From Eledone cirrhosa (taxonomy: Eukaryota), in NCBI GenBank assembly GCA_964016885.1, contig OZ024742.1, forward strand, positions 286,564,001 to 286,628,000: DNA of 64,000 nucleotides, in the 5' to 3' direction. This document shows positions 30,408 through 43,950 of the stretch, in pieces (positions within the stretch are counted from its first letter, which is position 1; the number at the start of each line of letters is the position of its first letter). The translations under genes and the position numbers were made by a program. The notes beneath the pieces are model-generated. The model ran no database searches, was not told where the DNA came from, and saw only the letters and a list, made by a program, of their open reading frames with translations.

Positions 30408-30462
30408 GTGTATGTATATGTATATGTATGAGTATATGTATATATGTGTGTGTATATCTATA

Positions 30463-30503
<41 letters not shown>

Positions 30504-30585
30504 TTATACACATGTACACATACATACATACATACATACACATACACACATACATATATACACACACAAACATATATATATATAT

Positions 30586-31160
30586 CTGGTACAACCCGGT
30601 CTATAACAACTCTATTAAAACCAATCTACCCTCAAAATTCTTTCGATTAGTTAAAAAACACTTTCCAACATCACATAAATATAATAAAATCTTAAACCCT
30701 AACACTATTCGACTTTCATATTCAACCGCCCCATATAAAAAAGCTTAACGCAAAACGGTTGTATAAACGCCTTCCAACACATAACAATACACGTAAAACA
30801 TTAGCTATAACATCACAAAACAACAAACAACATCCTGTCCTACATAAGCAACCTCATCAACCCATCCATGGCAATACAACAACGCAAAATTATAATTGCA
30901 ACTGTGTCCAACCAGGAATGTGTCCGTTGAACAATCAGTGTCTTGAACGCAACATCGTATACAAATGTACTATCGAATCGGATAGACAGAAGTGGTACTA
31001 TGTGGGATCTACAGCCACCTCCTTCAAATCACGCCTTTATAGACATCGTTACTCGATAAAACATGAAAACCAGCGTTATGTAACAACACTCGCAGACAAG
31101 GCTTGTCAGCTGCGTGAAAATAACCAACAATTTCACCTAAAATGGGATATAATAGCTGCT
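30586..31160 (+). pseudogene. Penelope-like element fragment, Naiad-type linker plus GIY-YIG endonuclease
   Basis: [24 protein letters not shown]; CNCVQPGMCPL (CxCx5C); IVYKC..YYVGST..FKSR..H; frameshifted. Confidence 0.85.
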
Positions 31161-31516
31161 GAACGAGTGTGACTCTTTAGTCCAGCCAGCAACTTGAAAA
31201 CTCTGGTACAAACACTATACTTGTGACAATTATTGACACATAGTGCTGGGCGCATGGTACCATGTGATGACAAGTGCAGAGAGTTCTCCAGATATAAAGC
31301 AATGCCTGTGCCGTGAAGCTTTTATAGTGAGCAAAGGCACTGCACAAAGCCAGTCCCACTCTCTTAACCAAGATGATATTTACCAAAAAGAAGAACAAGT
31401 CAACATCATTGGAAACCATCAGGGTTGCAGGTGTTATATCAGAGTTTTCCTTCTCCTAGAATTCTGCCTTGACAAAGGCTAAGGGGTCATGCAATAACAT
31501 TTGTGTTTTCATCAGA

Positions 31517-31587
31517 TATTTTATCTGATGAAAACACAAATGTTATTGCATGATGATATTTGTTTTTGAAATGCGCATAATAAAATA
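31517..31587 (+). ncRNA. Intact type I hammerhead motif (H2-like family)
   Basis: TATTTTAT-CTGATGA-AAACACAAAT..ATTTGTTTTT-GAAA-TGCGCA-TA-ATAAAATA; palindromic stem III ATGCGCAT. Confidence 0.75.
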
Positions 31588-31708
31588 CATGGAACTCTTT
31601 TAAGCATCTTTTGATCTTATATATTATGTATACTCCAGTCCTACAAACTGTAGAGTGCTTCTTATCCGATATCTGCATTGCTTTATTGTACCACAATAAA
31701 ACTCACCT

Positions 31709-31774
<66 letters not shown>

Positions 31775-31811
31775 CATACAAATATATACACATATACACA
31801 CACATACACAA

Positions 31812-31905
<94 letters not shown>

Positions 31906-31940
31906 ACACACATATACATATACACACATATATATATACA

Positions 31941-33198
31941 CATACAAATAAGTACTCAATAAATATACGTATATACACAGGCACATAAAAACAGCTCTAC
32001 AGGCAGAAAATGCAGATAGGTAAGAGGTACTCACATAACCATAGTGGCCGTATTTCAGGTTGAGGAGGGGTGGGGGTAGGGTGGGAAGGAGGAGGTCGTT
32101 TTTAGCCTAGCTATCGGTGTAGAGACCTCTCTATTGAAGGGAGGGTTGTACCAGCTAATCTGCCTATGACTATGCCTCCTCTGCCATCTTGCGGTGGTTT
32201 CTAGGTAGGTTATCTTTTCTTTAAATCCGCTGCGGGCGAGGGCGTCATTGTAGTAGGAGGCAGAGGCGTTAAAAATATCTTTGTTGGCAGAGAAGCCAGA
32301 GATTCTAATAGAGACGCTTTTTACTAAGTTATCAGTGATGTTTTGAGGGTGGTTAGAATTAACATTAATATATCTAAGGGACTCGTTAGGTTTGTGGTAC
32401 GGGTAATAGAGGGAAGTATCTAGGTACTACACCATCTTTAATAAGAACACAATAAAACTCTCCTACTCCACCACACCTAACCTAGCTAGGAATATAGCCA
32501 ACCACAATTCTAAAAAATTAAATAAGCCAACCATCTCCGAACCCAATCCCCGGACTGGGGCTTTGTGTAATTGCCTAAATAAGGAAGCATGCCCACTTGA
32601 AAACAAATGCCTCACAAATGACATCGTATACAAATGCGATGTCATCTCAGGTACCGATGATTGCAATAACAATAAAACTTACATCGGCATGACTTCCAAT
32701 AATTTTAAGACCCGTTGGTATGCCCATACCCACTCCTTCAGAAGACCGGACAAATCAAACCAGACAACACTCGCCTCCTATGTTTGGGACCTCAAAAGGA
32801 ACTCCACCCCCTTCACGCATAAACGGAAAATACTCCAGAAAGCGCGCTCTTACAACGGAGGACACAAGGGCTGCGATTTTTGTATCTCAGAGAGCTACGA
32901 AATTTAATTCGCCAAAGGCCCGCTACTGAACAAACTCTCTGAACACTGCCCGAACTGCATGCACATGAACTTTGCAACTTTCAAATACCTTAAGCCAATG
33001 TTAAAGCCCGATGGCTAAAAATGACCTCCTCCTTTTAGCCCCTCTACATCCTTCCCAACCTACTCCCACCCCTCCTCAACCTGAAATACGGCCACTATGG
33101 TTATGTGAGTACCTCTTACCTATGTGCATTTTCTGCCTGTAGAGCTGTTTTTATATGCCTGTGTATATGCGTATATTTATTGAGTACTTATTTGTATG
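31941..33198 (+). mobile_element. Rearranged Naiad-type Penelope-like element with inverted terminal repeats
   Basis: GIY-YIG on + at 32425-33010 (CNCLNKEACPL, IVYKC, YIGMT, CDFC); RT-thumb piece on - at 32170-32420 (PYHKPN..YINVNSNHP); IR 31941-32107 / 33013-33198. Confidence 0.85.
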
Positions 33199-33321
33199 TG
33201 TATATATATGTGTGTATATGTATATGTGTATATATATGTATATATATATATATTTATATATATATATGTATGTATTTGTGTATGTGTGTGTATATGTGTG
33301 TATATGTGTATATATTTGTAT

Positions 33322-33353
<32 letters not shown>

Positions 33354-33402
33354 ATGTGTATGTGTGTGTATGTATATGTATATATGTGTGTATGTATGTA
33401 TA

Positions 33403-33461
<59 letters not shown>

Positions 33462-33536
33462 ATATATGTGTATATATATGTGTATATGTGTATATGTATG
33501 TATTTGTATATATATATGTGTATACTTGTGTGTATG

Positions 33537-33569
<33 letters not shown>

Positions 33570-33959
33570 GTATATGTATATATATATATGTATATATGTA
33601 TATATATATATGTATGTATATATATATATATATGTTTGTGTGTGTATATATGTATGTGTGTATGTGTATGTATGTATGTGTATATATATGTATGTGTGTA
33701 TGTGTATATATATGTGTGTATATATATATGTGTGTGTCTGTGTGTGTGTATATATGTATATATATATATATGTGTGTATATACATGTATATATATATATA
33801 TATGTATATGTGTATGTATATGTATATGTATGATTATATGTATATATGTGTGTGTATATATATATGTGTATATGTATGTGTGTGTGTATGTGTGTGTGTA
33901 TATATATATAAATATATATATATATATGTATCTATATATATATATATATATTTATATAT

Positions 33960-34214
33960 ATAACGAAGGAAATGTGGTAAGGAACCAGGTGGACCATAAC
34001 GCACCAAAGTACTCAATACTTAGGGTAGTAGAGTGGGTAATAGGAACAAGTAAGACCCCGACGGCTGAGCTCAAGCCGTTTCGACGGCTAATTCTGAATT
34101 CAGAATCAGCCGTCGGGGTCTTACTTGTTCCTATTACCCACTCTACTACCCTAAGTATTGAGTACTTTGGTGCGTTATGGTCCACCTGGTTCCTTACCAC
34201 ATTTCCTTCGTTAT
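33960..34214. mobile_element. Family H1 element as a perfect 109-bp-arm hairpin
   Basis: 33960-34068 is the exact reverse complement of 34106-34214. Confidence 0.9.
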
Positions 34215-34221
34215 ATATATA

Positions 34222-37200
34222 ACCACCACCACCACCACAACAGATAAACAAACAACAAAACTCAGTCTCACCCAACCCGTCCCTCAGTAAAACTACACCA
34301 CCCAACGAATTCGGAGGAAGAAACGGAGTCCTTCAGACAGATTAAAAGGAAAAAAAGAAAACATGTGCAAAACACACAAGGCCAAACAACCCCTACCGAA
34401 ATGTCAACACAATCCAACAAAACACAAAACACCCCTCCAGCAACAAACAAAACCAAACCTGCCCCTCCCCTCTTCGAAACACTCACACCATCCGAAAAAA
34501 AGACATTACACTATACTTACATCAACAGAAACAATAATAAATTAAATGAACTCATAAACAATAACCCTTCGGTACAAACCGAAGGGGTAAACTTTGTTTC
34601 TTCAGAAAACTACCCACATTTAAAATTAATAAAGATCCCAATGAACCTCTACCAAAAACTAAAAAAGGATTTTAAGGAGGACGTAGGACCACCCTCTGTC
34701 AAACCCATAAACCGCGTCCTACTAAAAACCTTTCCCCCTCCCCTTCCCCTCCCCAACACAACTCCAAACACCCCAACCCCACCACACACTGACGACCCCA
34801 CACCACCACAAGACACCCCTTCACCCAACACCCCCGACCCCATGGAAGTCGTGCGACCCGAACCCCGGGAAGCAGAAAGGTAGGTCTCTACACTCTCCTT
34901 TGGCTTTACCACCCACATGGATGTGTTAAGAGTAGGATGTTTGAATGCACGTGGCCTGGGCTCAACTTGGAAGCAAGCAAAGCTTCTAAATGATCTCAAG
35001 TCACGTGGTATAAATGTAATGGTTATCTGTGAGACTCGAATCAGCGTCGTGCGGCAGATGGCCCCTACCTTCGATGACTTTGAGGTGCATGCATCTCTCT
35101 GTTAACCTGGAGGTGGGGGTGGGGTTGTCGTACTGCTGGAAAAACACCTGGGTCTCGCCGTACAGGTTGTTCACTCGGACCCGGAAGGTCGTTTGTTGGT
35201 GCTAGACGTTGGCAGTAGTGAAGGTGCGGCCTTGAGACTGGTCGCCGTCTACTCCGCTTTCGGAGCTGAACGACCCTACTTCTTCCAGCGTCTGGGAACT
35301 TTTCTGGGAACGTCGCGTTCCCTGCTTCTAGCGGGGGATTGGAATGACATCCTAGATGCACGTTGGGACTATGCAGGAGCATGTCCTAATAGAGGGGGGT
35401 GTAACAACCTCAAGGGGTTGCTCAACCGTTTTAACTTGGTCGATAGATATCGACTAGATTTTCCAACTGTGCCTACCTGGACTTGGAGAAACCACAGTGG
35501 TCAGTCTAGATCGTACTTAGATATATTCTTAGTTAGAAGTAAGGATAGGGACATATTAAGCTGTCCAGAAATGCTCACGGTTGGCTATACAGATCACAAA
35601 TTAGTGACCTGCGTAGTCAATCTCGAGAAAACACATAGACAGCGTCCCGGTTACTGGAAACTTAATTTGTCTTTACCGGCTTAGCAGATTAGTTAAGGAG
35701 AGGTTGACGGGTGCAATCGTCAACAACCGATGGTGGGCATCTCTCAAAAGAGAGATTAGAACAGAATCAATAAGTTATAGCAAGATGTTAGCTGCCGATA
35801 GGAATAGGAACGAGAAAGAATTAACAGGTAAATTAGAAGAGGCAATCAAGAGCGAAGATATGGCCAGAGTGCTGGCATCGAGGACGGCCTTGAGCCAGTT
35901 TTTCGATGCAAAGCACGAAGGCTGCGTCATTTGAAGTAAAATACGTGCTCTAGGTAATGAGGGGGCCAAAGCTGTTGGCTGGGCCCGCGTGACAGAAGCT
36001 AAGAGTGGAAATCGATCCACCATCCGGTCTTTGCAAGACGAGGATGGACGGGTGATCCGGGAGCCTAAGCAGATGTGCGAGGCCTTTCAAAGGCACTTTG
36101 CCCGATTGTTCGGGGGAGGCGAGGGTCCGGGCGGGGACGTGGATTTCGATCCATACCTCGACGGCCTGCCGCGTCTCTCGAGCAAAGAGGCAGAGTCCTG
36201 CGAGGGACCAATCTCGGCTGATGAGATCGGGGATGCGCTGAGCCAATGCAGCAGACGCAAATCTCCAGGTCTCGATGGTATACCTTACGAACTTTATTTA
36301 GCAATGCCGGTCTTCTTCTCGAACTCCTCGAAGCAGTCTACTGCAATTGGCAGCAGAACGGGAGAATTCCTTGTTCTGTAGCCAAGGGCGTAGTCTCGCT
36401 GGTGAGGAAGGACGAGAACAAGGGGGATAGTATAAATAATTTTCGGCCCATAACCCTGCTAAACACAGAGTTAAAGATTTTGGCCAAGGTGTTAGCAAAG
36501 AGGTTGGCGCTTGTCGTGGGTGGCCTGGTGGGAGATGCGCAGACATGTGCTATCCCATCCAGGTCCATTCACGACAACCTCCACCTCATGCGATACATCA
36601 TAGAGAGGGTTGGCAACAAACCCGGCTTCGGTGGGGTCCTGATCAACTTGGATCAGTCTAAGGCGTTCGATAGGGTCGACCATGGTTACCTGGATGCGGT
36701 GCTAGCGGCGGCTGGGTTCGGTCCTGTTTTCAGAGGCTGGATCACTGCCTTACATAGCAACCACATCTGTTCTAGGATCAAGGTGAACGGCTACCTTTCG
36801 AAGCCGTTCGAAATCACACGATCCATTCGACAGGGGTGCCCTCTCTCCTCCCTTCTGTACGTATTGACTCTCGAGCCTTTACTGAGGAAGTTGGAGTTGT
36901 TGCAGGGTATCCCCCTGGAACCAGGATTGAGCAAAGCGGTGTCGGCCTACGCCGATGACGTAACAGTAATGGTTTCGACCGACTCGGAGATCGAGGCGAT
37001 CGGTACCTTACTGGAGGAATACGAAAGGTTGTCAGGAGCGAAACTGAACCGGGAAAAATCCATCGGGCTGCAACTCGGAACGTGGAGAGGCAGACCGATG
37101 CCTCCCGACGGTGTCGTCGGACACTGGACGGAGGGCCCGGTGAAGTTGCTTGGGGTCTGGTTTGGACCGGACCTCCAGGTGGAAAAGAACTGGGACGAGG

Positions 37201-37980
37201 TTACGAACAAGGTGTTTGCACTAACCCAGAAATGGGCCAAGTGTAAGCTGTCCCTAAAAGGTCGGGCGGAGGTGGCGAACATTTACATAGCGTCCGTCAC
37301 TTACTACCGCCTGACTGTCGTGCCTTGCCCTAAGGAAACACTCACCACCATGGAACGCATGCTCTTTCAATTTCTTTGGAAGAAGCGCCCTCCTATGGTC
37401 AGAAGATCCATCTGCTGCCAACAACCTTCGAAAGGAGGGCTGGGGATGCCGTGGTTGGTGATGCGTAGGCACGCATTAAGGCTACGGCACCTACAGGTAC
37501 TCCTCACTGGTCAAAGGAAGCAAAGACGGTTTTTCTGTGCGTAATAGCCATGTTGAAAGAGGTTGTTTGGTGGACACGATTGAAAGGTCTGAGGTCAGGC
37601 AACTTCCTCTCTGGCCATAGTCTGGTCTACTTCTTCCGATATCACTTCGGAAGAAGGATAATAATGGAGAGAGAGGTGCTTGGCCACAGGCAGTCTTATG
37701 AAAGGTGGGTGATAGTGGCGAGAATGGCTCGTGTAAATGGGCCTTCTCTGTATACCATCCTGTAGCTAAAGAAGTGAAGGAGAGGGAGCACCCTCTCCAT
37801 GTGCTCCCCGGGCAAAGGATTGCACACTTTTTCGGGGGTGTGTGCGACCCCCATCACGTCCCCTCCCTTTTGAGGTTGTTTTCGATTATTTTCATTTTAT
37901 ACCCTTTTTACTCGGTTTTATGTAAACTCCCCCTTTGTATTTGTCCCTTCTTTTTATGCCTTTATGGTAAATAAAGAAAT
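34222..37980 (+). mobile_element. Tx1/L1-clade non-LTR retrotransposon, degenerate
   Basis: Pro-rich ORF1 remnant 34365-34883; ORF2 from 34917; 3' UTR ending AATAAAGAAAT next to (TA)n. Confidence 0.9.
34917..37765 (+). pseudogene. ORF2: APE endonuclease plus reverse transcriptase, with stops, frameshifts and a C-terminal deletion
   Basis: LNARGL, ICET, GDWN, RSYLD, TDHK, GYWKLN; SPGLDG, FRPITLLNTELKIL, DQSKAFDRVDH, RQGCPLS, YADD, GGLG. Confidence 0.92.
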
Positions 37981-38002
37981 ATATCTATGTATATATATAT
38001 TT

Positions 38003-38615
<613 letters not shown>

Positions 38616-38719
38616 CATATGAATATACAGGGTGTCCCCAAAATTTATAAACATTTCGATTACCTGTACAGGCAATATTTATTAGAATGCTGTTGAAGTG
38701 TGCATACATTCTTTTGGGA

Positions 38720-40207
38720 CATTCTATATATATAACTTCCTAGATATACTGCTTAAACCATTCCTGAAACACATTAAAAGCTACATAAGGGACGATCTGG
38801 ATATGCTCAACCACCTCCCAATAACACTTAATAATGAACATACCCTACTAGTATCGTTTGATGTAATCAATCTTTATTCCAATATCCCACACAACCTAGG
38901 TATAGAGGCAATCCAATTCTGGTTTGAAAATTACCCTAATGAACTTCCACAGCGCATCTCTAAATAATTTGTGATGGAGGGCCTCAAATTCATCTTGGAG
39001 AATAACTACTTCGAATTCGATGCCAAATACTATAGACAGAAATCTGGGACTGCCATGGGCACGAAAGTATCCCCCTCATACGCCAACCTTGTCATGGGAT
39101 ATTTGGAAACCACTCTCTACCGAAAAATTCTAGACAAATACGGAAACCCCTTCTACCTCCACATAGAAAAAACTGGAAGTGATATCTGGACGACTGCTTC
39201 ATCCTCTGGCATGAAAGTATAGAAAGACTTATTGAGTTTAAAACACTTATAAATTGACTCAACACAAACATTCAATTTACAATGGAATACAGCCATAAAC
39301 AACTCCCCTTTCTTGACATCCTCATCAAGAACACAAACAACAAACATATACAATAAACCCACAGACTCCAAACAATATATTCCATTTAACTCGTGCCACC
39401 CTCGCCATACCAAAATGGCAATTCCTTATAACCTAGCCAATAGTTTCTGATAAATACACATGCTACACACGACTAGAAGAATTAAAGAACACTCTTATCA
39501 GCAGAAATTACCCACCATCCCTAATCAACAATGGATTCCAACGTGCCCTAAAACTCAACATCCAGGAACTTAGACACCCCAAACCAAGGAATGAACCGAA
39601 ACAGAAAACTCTACCATACATCTCCACACACAACCCCCTCAACAATGAGGCATTCGACACCATCCTCCAGAACATACCTTTACTAAAAAGAGACCCAAGA
39701 ATGAATAAAATCTTCCAAACACACATCATAAAGAGCAAAAGACAACCTAAATCCATAAAAAAACATCCTCACACAAGCCACAACCCAGCCAACCCTCACA
39801 ATGAACCCTACAGTAAAAAAAAATGCGGAAGACCCAACTAGGGTATATGCATAAATCTAATAGAAGGTTCAACTTTCCAATTTAAACAAAAACAACATTT
39901 CACAGTTAAAAACTTTACATGTGCATCTGAAAAACTAATCTATGTTTTAACTTGCTCAGGTTGTCAAGAGCACTACCTAGGACAGACAAAAAACAGCCTC
40001 CGACAACGTATGACCGTCCATAAATCACAAATCAAAATACAGGAATACAGAAAGATTGCTCTTAATGAACATATCGCCGCCAACTGTGCACCTGACCAAC
40101 TACCAAACTTTAGAATTTTCCCCATCTACAAATTCATAGACAACGCTTCTTTCATCCAACGCACTAATAAGGAAACGTACTTCATTAACAAATTCCAACT
40201 GGACTAA
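38720..40207 (+). pseudogene. Penelope-like element, Neptune-type RT plus GIY-YIG, 5'-truncated and degenerate
   Basis: VSFDVINLYSNIP; YRQKSGTAMGTKVSPSYAN; YLDD; FTME..LPFLD; KPTD..SCHP; KCGRPN*GIC linker; LIYVLTC..C..HYLGQT..LRQRMTVH. Confidence 0.92.
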
Positions 40208-40692
40208 ACTTCGGACTAAACTGAAACTAGAATGAACAGTGAACCCTAGAGTCACCCATAAGAGACTATTTTACTTCTATTTCTACGCTACCCATATCTC
40301 AAATTTCTATGTTCTCTAAGGAGTTACTTCCCTTAGACCCTGACTATTCCTTTTTCTTAAATAAATGAATTATTACCGCCTCTTCTCTCTTTCTCCTACC
40401 CAACCCTCCCACCCCGAATTACCTCCCGCTGCATATTAATTCTCTAAAAGGGGAAAACACATCCAGCCCCGGACGGCCATTTACCTCCTCAAAGAAGGAA
40501 CGATTCCCAGCAATCTCGACTAAAAAAAACAATGCTTGCACTGCTTCTCTTCAAAAACCATGTTTGTAAATAATGTTATTTCCTCATCCCCATTACCTAA
40601 ATTACTTCCTTTAACATGTTTAACATCACCTTAATTTCTGTTCTACATTTTGTACAAACACAAATTCCTTCTTTTTTTTCTATCCCACTCAT

Positions 40693-40732
40693 ACAATTTG
40701 AAAATGCATAAAATGCTGAAACCGGTAATTGT
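40693..40732 (+). ncRNA. Decayed minimal hammerhead in the 3' UTR/pLTR of the Neptune element
   Basis: ACAAT-TTGAAAA-TGCATAAAATGCT-GAAA-CCGG-TA-ATTGT; two substitutions from the CTGANGA core. Confidence 0.6.
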
Positions 40733-40897
40733 TAATTAATAAGCAAATGAATAAATAAATTAATGTTATTTTTAATTAATAAATAAATTAATTAATGTTT
40801 TGACACTTCACAGAAAGTAAAATAATTTGTTTTAAAGATTTTCTAACCCCGGGAAAAAAATAACGGAAAATTTTTTTTTTTCTTCCTAATAATCGTT

Positions 40898-40957
<60 letters not shown>

Positions 40958-41096
40958 TACTACTGTACGTCTGTATACATGTATGTATGTACGTATACAT
41001 ACTTATATTTAAGTAACAGCCCTACCAAGAGTGAGAAATGAAATTTTGTTTCATTTTTTTCCGTTTATATATATATATATATATATACATATATAT

Positions 41097-41180
<84 letters not shown>

Positions 41181-41192
41181 ATATATATATAT

Positions 41193-41259
<67 letters not shown>

Positions 41260-41783
41260 ATACAATAACAGAGAAAGCTTTAAGCTAAACTCCGACTGGT
41301 AACCATCTCACTCAACAAACATTAGATTATACGTTAGTATAATCCCAATTTAGTGTTTGGGGTGCTAACTATATGTATTTTGTGGAAAGCCAGTTGTATT
41401 ATTTTATATGAGATATAATTAAAGTTAAAATATATCTCTCTTTCCAAACAATTGTTTCATTATAAGTTTTCTACAAGTTGGGAGAAAGTTTCCAGGTTAT
41501 GTAGAAGCCTAACATATTTTACTGTGAGAATATATGTAGGTGGGCACTTATAAATCGTCAGTGGATGCCCATTAAACTTTGATATAAGAAAAAAAAATAA
41601 AAAAATTTCCTTACCGCAGCTAATTTTCGTGTCCGCTAAGTTGTCCCTTCACGCATCGAATGACCGCCAAATTTGAAATTCCAGCAGTCTTTAGACTGAG
41701 GAAGTATCATAGTGTCACGAAGCGGAAAAGGGAGACAATCACGAGTCACGAGAAAAGTAAAATAAATATATATATATATATAT

Positions 41784-41827
<44 letters not shown>

Positions 41828-42145
41828 AACATTTGGTGTATCCCTGGTGTATTTGTATTTCGTGTCTATTCTGTAAGATAATAAGTATTTTATCTACTTA
41901 GTAGCCCCTTGTCTATTGGTCAACAGATGTATGCTGTAAGTAAGTCGTAAGGATTAAATGATCATATCAGTAGTATGTATACCCGGATGTATATTTGTTG
42001 CTTGAATCGATTATATAATCAGTCTGTTGTCTTTAATCCTATACGTATGTGATATTGATAGATTAAATGACACGCTACCAATATGAGGTAAATTTTTATC
42101 GATCTTGTCCCAGCCTTTGACATATTTATTACATATCACTTAATA

Positions 42146-42280
42146 TGGCGGTGGATTGCAAGAATCATTAGAGCGTCAGACAGTAGTATTTTGTCTTGGG
42201 TCTTTACTTTCTGAGTTCAAATTCAGCTGAAGTCAACTTTACTTTTCATCCTTCAGAAGTCGGTAAAATAAAGTACCGAG
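42146..42280 (+). mobile_element. SINE family A, diverged
   Basis: GGCGGTGGATTGC head, B-box, central domain. Confidence 0.75.
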
Positions 42281-42290
42281 TGAGAATGAT

Positions 42291-42367
<77 letters not shown>

Positions 42368-42368
42368 T

Positions 42369-42462
<94 letters not shown>

Positions 42463-42944
42463 TTCCAACAACATTTGAATAATTCGAGGTGACATTTCAT
42501 TCGAAACAATTGTAAGGGATTAAAAACTATTATTTGATAAAAAAAGAAATCTTTTTCCATTAATACTTTTGTCTATATATATATATATATATATATATTT
42601 CTTTTTTATCAAATAATATATATATATTCAGGTTTGAAGGTTCACCACTGGATAGAGCTGGTCAATTCCGTATGGTCAATCTTAATGTAATAATATGGAG
42701 AGTACTCAACGTAAAGCAGTTCAACCGTCTTCGTTTTTGTAGCTGGTGGTGCTAGTACGGAGTTCAATATTATAATAAAATAGCAGGAGGCTGGACTTGT
42801 GTAAATCCTTGAAAGGTTTATTATACTATGATCATTTCAATGACCGGGTTCCGTATGAATCCATACGGAACCCGGTCATTGAAATGATCATAGTATAATA
42901 AACCATTCAAGGATTTACACAAGTCCAGCCTCCTGGTATTTTAT

Positions 42945-43013
<69 letters not shown>

Positions 43014-43819
43014 CCTTAGTACTAGACTAGTACACTTTGGTGCTTTATTTATAGATTTCAAAAAGGGTTGAGAAAGCAACGGGATTTGAACCAGGAAAGC
43101 AGAAAGCCGGGTCAAATACGGCTAAGTATGCTTCTACCCGACGTTCTAACGACTCTGCCTTGTTGCCGTTTTATGGTGTTCGCCTTTGCCTTTCCCTTCC
43201 TTTTCCATTTACATAACCACAAAAGGCACTTGCATATTTTTTTACAATAAAACCTTATACAGTTACCAAGTCCTAATTCACTATCTCTCTCTCCTCTCTA
43301 TTTCTGTGTCCCTTCTTCTCTCTATCTATTTACATATCGCCCACTCGCTCTGCTCGATCGACAAGATCACTTGTCAAATGGAGTGGACCTCGTCTAATCG
43401 GACCAAGGAGACAATGTTTCTATTGGTCTTTCCATTGCTGATGCTATCTACCGGTCGCAACTTCTGGCAGAAGGGGCAACGTGAAATAAAGTGTCTTGCT
43501 CAAGGACACCAACGCATCACCCGGTCCGAAAATTGAACTCGCAACCTCACAATTGCGAATCCAATCCTATCTGTATATATTTTAACAATCTGTTGATTAC
43601 TTCATTTTGTGCAGTTACCGTTTACGTTTGAAATCAGATATATCATAATCGTTTTTATTTATTCATCTATCAATAAATTTTTTCAAAGAAAACTAAATAA
43701 AATAAAATTATAACTAAAAAAAACTATAAAATTCTTATACAACAAATACAGCAAAATATTCTTCTATCCGACGTTCTAAAGACTCTGCCAATTTCTCACT
43801 TTATACCGTTCACATTATA

Positions 43820-43950
43820 GGAGGCGAATTGGCAGAGTCGTTAGAACGTCGGATAGAAGACTTTATGGTATTCGTTCCGGAGTTCAAATCCCACCGAAGT
43901 CAACTTTGCCTTTCGAGGTCGATAAAAAAGTATCAGTCCCGTACTGGGGT
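43820..43950 (+). mobile_element. SINE family A-like, with head-only copies on the minus strand at 43750-43800 and 44150-44200
   Basis: GGCGAATTGGCAGAGTCGTTAGAACGTCGG head, GTTCAAATCC. Confidence 0.7.

Noticed and set aside
33105-34222. Long YI/CV-rich ORFs (also 51893-52894 and many others in the track)
   Set aside because: Dinucleotide microsatellites lack stop codons; not genes
38627-38700. Tc1/mariner terminus TACAGGGTGTCCC
   Set aside because: Only one end seen and no matching TIR
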